Shown: positions 1-7,617 of the stretch, piece after piece
Position numbering within the stretch: position 1 is the first letter of the stretch
Layout of the letters: every line of letters begins with the position of its first letter
NCBI GenBank assembly: GCA_003144275.1
Contig: NJBF01000008.1
Span: 30,001-62,000 of the forward strand
Source of the DNA: Candidatus Heimdallarchaeota archaeon B3_Heim
GTDB lineage: Archaea > Asgardarchaeota > Heimdallarchaeia > Hodarchaeales > Hodarchaeaceae
Direction of reading: 5' to 3'
Length of the DNA stretch: 32,000 nucleotides
The notes under the pieces: generated by a model
Seen by the model: only the letters and a program-made list of their open reading frames with translations
Told to the model about the DNA's origin: nothing
The model's database searches: none
Made by a program: the position numbers and the translations under genes

Positions 1-7
1 TCATCAT
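1..7 (-). CDS. Probable start of a gene running off the left edge (partial)
   Basis: Minus strand reads AGGAGA-ATT-ATG-ATG-A, an SD-like site just upstream of ATG at 7. The same bases (ATGATGA) also match a box C motif, so the call is ambiguous. Confidence 0.35.
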
Positions 8-200
8 AATTCTCCTATTCTTGCAGAAAAGATTTGACTTTAAGTATGATTTTTTAGTAAAAAAAATCAATTTTGAAATGGAGTAAAAAACCCTCTTTTC
101 GTGATATTCCTTTCGTTACCAATGATAATTGCATTTAGGTATTGGAAAAGGAAAATTCATTGATTTACTCTAATGAGCTGGTGCTGAAATGTTCGTGCAA

Positions 201-629
201 TTACGAATCTAACCTCATTCTTTTTGAGAAATAGCACACTTCTTCCCATTGTTTGTATCCTGCACCAATAAAACACTGTTTACTCACCAAATTATTAGCA
301 AAAATTAACGCACTGTAGACCTCAATCCCTTCCTCATCAAATAAATATTCTTCTGCCGCTAGTAAAAGTTCTTTACCGATACCCTGATTCTGGTAATCTG
401 GATGTACTGTTAATCGATTTATCCACCCCTTTCTATTGTCATGTGAAACCAATACTACTCCTACTAACTTTTCACTTACTAATTTCCCCAATAACACTAC
501 ATTAGCTGATTCTATTTGATCTTTCATCTGATTTGGATGATCCCGTCCTTCTACCCGCGGTTTTAACCCCACTTTCTCCCATAATTTTAGTACATCAGCA
601 TATCTTGCTAGAGAAAGTTTCTGAATCAT
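201..629 (-). CDS. GNAT family N-acetyltransferase
   Basis: Acetyl-CoA binding motif A (RLTVHPDYQNQGIGKELL), preceded by HDNRKGWI; 142 aa single-domain size. Confidence 0.9.
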   Translation of the reverse strand: MIQKLSLARYADVLKLWEKVGLKPRVEGRDHPNQMKDQIESANVVLLGKLVSEKLVGVVLVSHDNRKGWINRLTVHPDYQNQGIGKELLLAAEEYLFDEEGIEVYSALIFANNLVSKQCFIGAGYKQWEEVCYFSKRMRLDS

Positions 630-644
630 TATTTCCTGCTCTCT

Positions 645-1412
645 TTATTGTTTTTCTCTTAAAGAGTTCCATACAGCCATAAAAGCAGACGCTTTTTCTA
701 AATCAATAGGTGAATGCAAATTAGTGGGCTCGTACTTTAATGAACTTCCAATGATCACTCCTGAAATAAGAGGAAAAATAGTACTTACATTATCAACAGT
801 CACTCCGCTTCCCAATATCGGTTTGTGTTTGGTTCTAGAGACAAAATGGGTTAACGTATCTAATGGGAGTAGCGCACCTGTTTCTCTCCCCGATAATATT
901 ATTGCGTCTGCTCCACCACGATTTAGCGCATTTTTTGCTGCTTCATCCAAGGTAAATTGTCCAAGAGGTGTAGCATGTTTTACTCCAATATCAGCAAGTA
1001 TCAAAACTTTAGATTGGAGAACCTGTTTTTCTTGAATAACTTGTGAAGCAACACCCTCAATTATTCCTTGATCTGTAACATACGCACCTTCCCATATATT
1101 ACAGCGAATAAAACTCGCGTGATTAATCGTGGCCATTGTTATGGCTTGTAAACACGCATTTCTCAGAATATTCACTCCAACAGCTATTGTAGGAACTGAA
1201 TCTATGATTTTGTTCACTATTTTACTCATTAACAAAAATTTGGCGTCAGAAATTCGTGTCTTGGGAAAGGGAGAATCATGAAAATTTTCTATGAGTAACG
1301 CGTCAAATCCAGCCTGCTTTAAAGTTAGAGCATCGGCTATACTTATTCTGAATGCTTCATCTAAATTAAATTCTGGTGATACATAACTTTCAAATGATGG
1401 GAGATGTATCAT
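645..1412 (-). CDS. BtpA/SgcQ family TIM-barrel protein
   Basis: Family motifs MIHLP, LIENFHD.PF, GVNILRN, ADIGVKHA, GGADAIILSG.ETG, GSGVT, G.IIGSSLK. The conserved KPIIG strand lies upstream of the ATG (see findings). Confidence 0.9.
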   Translation of the reverse strand: MIHLPSFESYVSPEFNLDEAFRISIADALTLKQAGFDALLIENFHDSPFPKTRISDAKFLLMSKIVNKIIDSVPTIAVGVNILRNACLQAITMATINHASFIRCNIWEGAYVTDQGIIEGVASQVIQEKQVLQSKVLILADIGVKHATPLGQFTLDEAAKNALNRGGADAIILSGRETGALLPLDTLTHFVSRTKHKPILGSGVTVDNVSTIFPLISGVIIGSSLKYEPTNLHSPIDLEKASAFMAVWNSLREKQ

Positions 1413-1532
1413 CCCAATTATTGGCTTCTGAGTTAAGTCTAGAGGATGTTTAGGTGTCGGTACTTACTTCACTTCCAATTAAGTGTTCCGCTTTAACCAT
1501 ATCTAATATTATTTCTTAAATTCCCCCTCATT

Positions 1533-1547
1533 GGAAAAGTTGTTAAA
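1533..1547 (+). promoter_or_regulatory. Candidate BRE + TATA element for the C/D sRNA and ttuA transcript
   Basis: Purine-rich GGAAAAG (1533-1539) followed by TTGTTAAA (1540-1547), about 28 nt upstream of box C. Position fits an archaeal promoter; sequence match is imperfect. Confidence 0.35.
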
Positions 1548-1570
1548 GGTATCCAAAAACAGAAATGACT

Positions 1571-1647
1571 TGCTATGATGACGGTTTTACCGGCTGAACT
1601 AAACATTTTACTGTTTAGAGATGATGAGTACTGGCAAACTGATCATA
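1571..1647 (+). ncRNA. Box C/D 2'-O-methylation guide sRNA
   Basis: Four consensus boxes in order in an intergenic gap: C ATGATGA 1575-1581; 12-nt guide CGGTTTTACCGG 1582-1593; D' CTGA 1594-1597; 7-bp stem CTAAACA 1599-1605 / TGTTTAG 1612-1618; C' ATGATGA 1621-1627; 11-nt guide GTACTGGCAAA 1628-1638; D CTGA 1639-1642. Ends are approximate. Confidence 0.9.
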
Positions 1648-1660
1648 TAGATGAATTCAA

Positions 1661-2596
1661 ATGACTGCATGTAATTGTGGAGCTTTAGGAGAATATAAAG
1701 ATCCATTCAATCCATATTCTCTCGAATATTGCTCTTCTTGTTTTTCAGCTTACCTAGAAAAAAAAATTCTGCGGGGAGTGCGGCGTAGAGTTAGGGGGCA
1801 TCCGATCGCTGTAGCCGTATCAGGAGGAAAAGACAGCTTAGTATTACTTAATGTTCTATATTCATATCAAAACGAGCTTAAACTATCTTCTTTAATTGCA
1901 CTAATCCTTGAAGAGGAAATACCAGATATTCAGCAGGAAAGACAGAAAATAATCCAATACTTACATAAACACTATTCAGATTTGCCTATTAACATTGTCA
2001 AATATTCGGAGTTATTTGGCCATACTCTACCTCATCTTGTCACTATAAATGACAGCAAAAAACTTGGTTTTACACCGTGTAGCATTTGTGGAATATTTCG
2101 CAAACAGGCTCTTTTTCAAATGAGTTTACAAGCGGGTGTTGATTTCATAGCTCTTGGAACGACATTAGAGGATGAAGCTAGTACCATCATCCTGAACATT
2201 ATTCGAGGGTTTCCAACTCTCTCTCCAACCCAAAACTCATATTCCAATGATTCTAATACTCAAAGATTGCCGCAACGTATCAAACCTTTAGCCCGAATAT
2301 CAGAAGACTTAATACGTATCTATATTCGGATTAAGAATATTCCTATAATTTCTCAAACATGTCCCTATGCACAGAGATCTTTAAGGTCTGAAATTACGGC
2401 TTTTATTTCGACATTGAAAGATCGTGATCCACAAGGATCTTTCCTTTTTAATATCCTAAAAACAAAGAATGATTCTGAGAGAAAAACCTCTTTTCCCCAG
2501 AATACTTACCACTGTACGCGATGTCAGATGATCTCACATCATTCTCTTTGTCCAAGTTGCCGTATATTATCTAATTTATTGGAATCAAGCTTTTAA
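1661..2596 (+). CDS. ttuA: TtuA/Ncs6 (CTU1)-like tRNA 2-thiouridine synthase, PP-loop ATPase
   Basis: PP-loop AVSGGKDS; central CSIC plus CPYA supply the three Fe-S cysteines; N-terminal and C-terminal Cys-rich Zn-finger motifs (CSSC, CTRC..CPSC). The usual GHNxDD motif reads GTTLED. Confidence 0.85.
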   Translation: MTACNCGALGEYKDPFNPYSLEYCSSCFSAYLEKKILRGVRRRVRGHPIAVAVSGGKDSLVLLNVLYSYQNELKLSSLIALILEEEIPDIQQERQKIIQYLHKHYSDLPINIVKYSELFGHTLPHLVTINDSKKLGFTPCSICGIFRKQALFQMSLQAGVDFIALGTTLEDEASTIILNIIRGFPTLSPTQNSYSNDSNTQRLPQRIKPLARISEDLIRIYIRIKNIPIISQTCPYAQRSLRSEITAFISTLKDRDPQGSFLFNILKTKNDSERKTSFPQNTYHCTRCQMISHHSLCPSCRILSNLLESSF

Positions 2597-2722
2597 CTTC
2601 TTTACCTTATTCAATTTTGGTTTATTGTGGGGGGACAAAATTATTTGAGTAGTAAATTATCATCATTGACTATTCTATTCTCGCATAAAGTGTCACATGA
2701 AGTATTGAAACAGGTGAAGTTC

Positions 2723-4594
2723 ATGCAAGAGCAACTCTTCTTTGATTTACGGAAGGCACTAGCGCAAAGAAACATGGACGAGGTCAATTCTATATATGAA
2801 AGCCTTCCAGAAGAAGATCAATTAATTAGTTCCCATGAAAAATATTGGTATCTCAGGATTGAAGCTGAAGTCCATCATTTCAGACGAAGCAGTTCCCAAG
2901 CTCTACCATTTATCGAAAGAGCTCTAATTCTTGTACCGAAATTATCTCTGACTCATTCACAACTTGGAAGTCTTAACGGCAGATATGCTTCTTGCTTGTA
3001 TAAGACAAAAAGCTATAGAAAGGCATTAGAATACTATACAAATGCAAAAGAGTATAGTGAAACAGATATTCCAAGAAATTTTTATTATAAGTTAAAAATC
3101 CTGGAATGTTTGCTGGTACTTAATCAAAAATCAGAATTTTCCACCTTTTTCTGGGAGATAATTGAGAGTTTATTCGCTCTCCAACTCTCAAAAGTGTGGA
3201 ATCACCATCTCAACTATGTATGGGATCTAGTCACAATTCTTCAGAGAAGTAAGTTGTTTAATGAGATCAAAAATCTGTTGCATGACTACTCCCCAAAAGA
3301 AACTAAGGAATATTCAACATCATATTTATATTTTATTTTTGCTCATTTATCACGTTCAGAAAACGAATATAATGAGTTGATTAGACATATATCGGCAAGT
3401 CTGGAACATTTCCGTGATGAATGGAATCCAATTGACCAAAAGAATCTCTTGGTAAATTGTGCAAGTTTAGTTAAATATCCTTTCAGCGACTTTCAAACAG
3501 CTAAAACACTTTTGGATAAAGCCTTGACATTAAGTCCAGACCCCGATGGTTGGCGAATACATATTCTAAATTCTTTAGGATCAGTACTTCGGTTTACAGG
3601 AGATTATTCACGTGCTATCCGTCTACTTGAGGAGTCTATTAAACTTAGCATGCAGCAGGATAACCTTTGGCGATTAGGATTTGCATATAATACGTTAGGA
3701 ATGATTTATACGCTTTTAGGTAAAAATAAAGAAGCAAAAAATTCGTTCGAATCGAGCTTGGAGTGTAATACTAAAGAAAATAACTACACAGGGAAAGGAT
3801 ATACTTATGGATCTATGGGATGGCGTGAATCTATCTTAAGTAACTATAAATTAGCAGAAGAATTGTACACCAAGAGTATTGCCTCTTTTGAGAAATATGG
3901 AGATACTCCGCCAATTATTTTACTGGCAAAGGCAGAAGTCCTTTCGAATATTTATGCTGCAATGGACCCAGAAATTCAAAAATTACTTGACAACGCTCAG
4001 CATAGAATTTGGACAAGTAAAAAGAGATTAGATCAAGGTAGGTATTACATTGCTCTTGGTAATATATCTCTTAATTTCAAGAATTTTCCTCAGGCAGAAC
4101 ATAATTTCTTAGAGGCTATAAAACTCACTGACATCTATGAGGTAAAATCTCAAAGCCTATTAGGAACTATAAAGGTAAAAACAAGTCTTTACATCAAAAA
4201 TGAGGATCCAGAATGTCTAAAACAAGTAAAAAGAAGTTTAACACAGCTTAAAAGCATAACACGAGAAAACTCCCTACTATGGGCAGAAATGAACCTAATT
4301 TCGGCTATAATTGATATGTCAGAAGGAAATCTAGAACGGGCTTCCCAAAATTTATCTTCCTTGCGCTCTTATTCTGAAACACACAAACTTAAAGGGCTTT
4401 CTTCACGTATAACAAAGCAAGAAGATACCCTAACCATCTATTTAAGGTACAGAAAAATCCATGATCATTTTCAGGATCTACCTAAGCAAGAAGATCTAAA
4501 GACACAATCGTTAATGGATGTAATGGAGTATCTGAAAACAATTTCGCATTTATTAAGCTCATACTTATCAGTCTCCAAACCTAAAAATCCATAA
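2723..4594 (+). CDS. Large tetratricopeptide-repeat protein
   Basis: Repeated TPR consensus (ILNSLGSVLRFTGDYSRAIRLLEESI; AYNTLGMIYTLLGKNKEAKNSFESSL; YYIALGNI). Start moved from 2627 to ATG 2723 because of SD AGGTGA at 2712-2717. Confidence 0.85.
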   Translation: MQEQLFFDLRKALAQRNMDEVNSIYESLPEEDQLISSHEKYWYLRIEAEVHHFRRSSSQALPFIERALILVPKLSLTHSQLGSLNGRYASCLYKTKSYRKALEYYTNAKEYSETDIPRNFYYKLKILECLLVLNQKSEFSTFFWEIIESLFALQLSKVWNHHLNYVWDLVTILQRSKLFNEIKNLLHDYSPKETKEYSTSYLYFIFAHLSRSENEYNELIRHISASLEHFRDEWNPIDQKNLLVNCASLVKYPFSDFQTAKTLLDKALTLSPDPDGWRIHILNSLGSVLRFTGDYSRAIRLLEESIKLSMQQDNLWRLGFAYNTLGMIYTLLGKNKEAKNSFESSLECNTKENNYTGKGYTYGSMGWRESILSNYKLAEELYTKSIASFEKYGDTPPIILLAKAEVLSNIYAAMDPEIQKLLDNAQHRIWTSKKRLDQGRYYIALGNISLNFKNFPQAEHNFLEAIKLTDIYEVKSQSLLGTIKVKTSLYIKNEDPECLKQVKRSLTQLKSITRENSLLWAEMNLISAIIDMSEGNLERASQNLSSLRSYSETHKLKGLSSRITKQEDTLTIYLRYRKIHDHFQDLPKQEDLKTQSLMDVMEYLKTISHLLSSYLSVSKPKNP

Positions 4595-5097
4595 CGAAAG
4601 CAAATGAATCTTAAGTGAAAACAAAGTGTTCTCACGAGCATAACGAATTGATCTTGGATCCACCCTCCCACAAATCCCTATTTGGCTCCCAATTATACCT
4701 CTCTTTTCATGTTATCCATGATTTGCATTCTACTCTAGCCAAAATCAGCAGAATGTTAGCAATCTCTAATCTTGGGAATTCTGAATCATTTACCAAAGAT
4801 TCAGCTCTTTTTTCCTTTGTGCTCATAGTTCTTTGCGAATTAATCTATTAGCATCTTTGGGTCGTCTAAAATATCTTTCGGAGGTTTATATACTTCTTAA
4901 AAAGGACAACAAAATTCTCCCTGTACGATTAATATTCTCCAATCGCTCGATTGACTTTCTCCTAAGGAGGAAGAAAATAAGTTTCATCTCCATAAAATAA
5001 ATCTCAGTTGCTCTCTTCTTAATAAAGGAATAAACTGGCTTTGAAAAGATAGTTAAGATCGGGTTGGATATTGGTGAGAAAACGTCACAAGTGGAGA

Positions 5098-6255
5098 ATG
5101 AATTCGATGAGAGCTGAACTACGCAACTTTTTCCCAGTCGTTAATAAAGCCATATACTTAAACCATGCAGCAATTGGACCTTCGCCTAAACCCGTAACAG
5201 ACGAATCTCAAAAGTGGGTCCATCACAAATCCTATGGAGATATGTATTTTTCTCCTCTAAGTCAGATGTATGAAGATCTGAATCTTGATCGTGATATATT
5301 AGGGAAGTTAATCAACGCTCGCTCACCAAGGGATGAAATTTCATTTAAGTATAATACTAGTTATGGTTTAGCTGCTATCGCAGAAGCAATTCCCTGGGAG
5401 AAAGGAGATACCATCATTCTAAATTATTTAGAATATACTTCTAATTCCTATACATATCAAGCATTAGCTCGAAAATTTGATCTAAAAGTAAAGACTATTC
5501 CCCATATAAATGGTGTGCTACCTTTAGATAAATTTGAAGCGGCCCTGGATCAGACGACAAGGCTTGTAGCAATATCACATGTGCAATTCAGTAATGGGTT
5601 CCGTACTGATCTTGAAGCACTAGCTTCTCTTGTCCATGAAGGAGGAGGAGAAATAATTGTAGATGGAATTCAGTCTTTGGGAGCTATACCTCTGGATGTT
5701 CAAAAGTCTAACATTGACTACTTAGCCGCAGGAGGATACAAATGGCTTTTAGCCCCCTTAGGAACGGGTTTTCTATATGTACGGAAAGATCTTGCTGAAA
5801 GCTTACAGCCATCTCTTATTGGAAGTATGTCTGATGCGACACCAATGAATCTTTCTCATCATCATTATGTCCCTGGACCTGCAGCTAAACGGTTTCAGGC
5901 TTCGCTAGGACCAAATGCATACCTTCTTGCCGTAGCAGTGAAATTTCTTTTGGATATTGGCATAAATAATATCTTCAATCATATATTAAGCCTAACTGAC
6001 ATCATTATTGAATTCATTCGAGACAACTCTAATTTTGAATTAAATTCTCCCGTTGAAGATATTAAAAATCGGAGTGGAATTATTAATTTCAAATGCCCTA
6101 ACGCGGAAGAGATTGTAGTACGTTTACGAAAGCTAGAAAAACCGATCGCTGTTTCTTATCGTGAAAAAGGTATCAGGATCTCCCCACATTGTTATAATAC
6201 AGAGGAAGAAGTGAGAACCTGTTTAGAAACTATTGCTCAATTAAGTTCTCAATAA
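5098..6255 (+). CDS. PLP-dependent class V aminotransferase (selenocysteine lyase/C-S lyase-like)
   Basis: YLNHAAIGP, SHVQFSNG, VDGIQSLG, PLP-lysine motif GGYKWL, IRISPHCYN. No catalytic Cys-loop motif of IscS/SufS seen. Start is ATG 5098 or 5107. Confidence 0.85.
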   Translation: MNSMRAELRNFFPVVNKAIYLNHAAIGPSPKPVTDESQKWVHHKSYGDMYFSPLSQMYEDLNLDRDILGKLINARSPRDEISFKYNTSYGLAAIAEAIPWEKGDTIILNYLEYTSNSYTYQALARKFDLKVKTIPHINGVLPLDKFEAALDQTTRLVAISHVQFSNGFRTDLEALASLVHEGGGEIIVDGIQSLGAIPLDVQKSNIDYLAAGGYKWLLAPLGTGFLYVRKDLAESLQPSLIGSMSDATPMNLSHHHYVPGPAAKRFQASLGPNAYLLAVAVKFLLDIGINNIFNHILSLTDIIIEFIRDNSNFELNSPVEDIKNRSGIINFKCPNAEEIVVRLRKLEKPIAVSYREKGIRISPHCYNTEEEVRTCLETIAQLSSQ

Positions 6256-6264
6256 ATATAGTGA

Positions 6265-6927
6265 CTATTTACTAATTTTTGTTTCTTCAAGTATTTTGAC
6301 CTTTTTCACAGGGACGCCACTGTAAAAGCTATTCGGATCTAAGATTGAATGAGGTGGAATAACAGAGCCATATCCAACTATGGTGTTATCACCAATTATA
6401 ACTCCAACTCCCAGTATACACCTAGCACCAAGAGTAACATTCTTCCCAATTTTCACTTTTTTGCGGTGAAGTACTCCATTTTTAATATAATGCCCAGAAA
6501 CGATTGCGTCAGTACCAATTAGCGTATTTTCGCCTATATCAAATAAATCTGGATCCCACAGACGAGTTAATATTGAAACGCCTTTTCGACGTTTAAATCC
6601 AAATAATCTATACAAAAAATCTGGTGAGGGAGTGTGGATGAATAATTTACTGGATAAATTCAACGCGATATCTAAAGAAGTTTCTTGAATAGTCCATAGC
6701 ACAAGCCCTAATCCTCTGATCTCCCCCTCTTTTACCCTCATAACTGTTCGTGCAGATTTATTTATTGCTACTAAGAGAATGATCGAGAGAACGTAGGTAA
6801 CAAAGATTGAAAGAATAAGAGTAACTATCGGATGCAGATTCAAAAATTCCATTTGGAAATAAACCAGCACGAAAACCATCAGTAACACGAAAGAGAGAGT
6901 TAGTTGGATCAAAAAAAATAGTGGCAT
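6265..6927 (-). CDS. Membrane-anchored hexapeptide-repeat (left-handed beta-helix) acyltransferase-like protein, paralog B
   Basis: Two N-terminal hydrophobic helices, then repeats IGENTLIG, IGKNVTLG, IGDNTIVG with a His in SGHY; terminal YSGVP. Confidence 0.8.
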   Translation of the reverse strand: MPLFFLIQLTLSFVLLMVFVLVYFQMEFLNLHPIVTLILSIFVTYVLSIILLVAINKSARTVMRVKEGEIRGLGLVLWTIQETSLDIALNLSSKLFIHTPSPDFLYRLFGFKRRKGVSILTRLWDPDLFDIGENTLIGTDAIVSGHYIKNGVLHRKKVKIGKNVTLGARCILGVGVIIGDNTIVGYGSVIPPHSILDPNSFYSGVPVKKVKILEETKISK

Positions 6928-6932
6928 CTAGA

Positions 6933-7607
6933 CTACTCCACTTTCCACACGCTTTCTCCATGCCAATCTCTTATCCGTTTTATTGGACTTCCTGCATAAA
7001 TTGAGTTGGCTTTCAATATTCTCTTTGCTGGAATCACTGAATTACTGGCAACTATGACATTATCTTCTATTGTAACTCCTGGTAATATAATTGTTCCAGC
7101 TCCAATCGTGCAATTTTTACCAATGACGATTCTCTTGCGAAAAAGTTCTCCTTGAGATATGGCATGAGCACCAATGATACAACCTGTTCCAATAGATGTA
7201 TTTTCACCTATATTCAATAATTCTACATCCCATATCCGAGTATAAATTGCCGCTCCCTTTCCAATCTTGGCACCAAACAACTTGTAGAAAAGTGAGGGAA
7301 ACATCTGATTGATAAAAAGTTTATTAACGAAGTAGTAGGCTGTGTCAGCGGCAGTCATACCTACACCCCATAAAAATTGATCACGGCCAGTTAAGATGCC
7401 CTCCTCGTTTTTCATAAGCATTCGTGCCCCTTTATGAATAATTGCCAGAAATATTAAGCCAGTGAATAGAGTAAAAGTAATGGATGAGATTAATGATAAG
7501 AACAAATCATCACGAAATACATCGCTGTAGAAAAAGTCGAAATATTGAACCCCGATAAAAATGACAGACGACAGTAACACAATTTGAAATAAGACCCAAG
7601 CAACCAT
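6933..7607 (-). CDS. Membrane-anchored hexapeptide-repeat acyltransferase-like protein, paralog A
   Basis: Two TM helices, FGAKIGKG, IGENTSIG, GAHA, IGKNCTIG, YAGSP. SD AGGTGA overlaps the upstream stop codon. Confidence 0.8.
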   Translation of the reverse strand: MVAWVLFQIVLLSSVIFIGVQYFDFFYSDVFRDDLFLSLISSITFTLFTGLIFLAIIHKGARMLMKNEEGILTGRDQFLWGVGMTAADTAYYFVNKLFINQMFPSLFYKLFGAKIGKGAAIYTRIWDVELLNIGENTSIGTGCIIGAHAISQGELFRKRIVIGKNCTIGAGTIILPGVTIEDNVIVASNSVIPAKRILKANSIYAGSPIKRIRDWHGESVWKVE

Positions 7608-7617
7608 CGTTAATCAC

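Noticed and set aside
47-69. 9-bp inverted repeat TGATTTTTT / AAAAAATCA
   Set aside because: Mostly homopolymer in AT-rich DNA; could be an oligo-T terminator or operator, but there is no independent support.
4632-4826. In-frame TGA at 4709-4707 as possible selenocysteine readthrough
   Set aside because: The context (SWIT*KERY) is not a redox motif, the product resembles no known selenoprotein, and no SECIS-like hairpin was seen.
5098-6255. Class V PLP enzyme as the sulfur donor for nearby TtuA
   Set aside because: It lacks the catalytic Cys loop of IscS/SufS desulfurases and is separated from ttuA by a TPR gene and a long gap.
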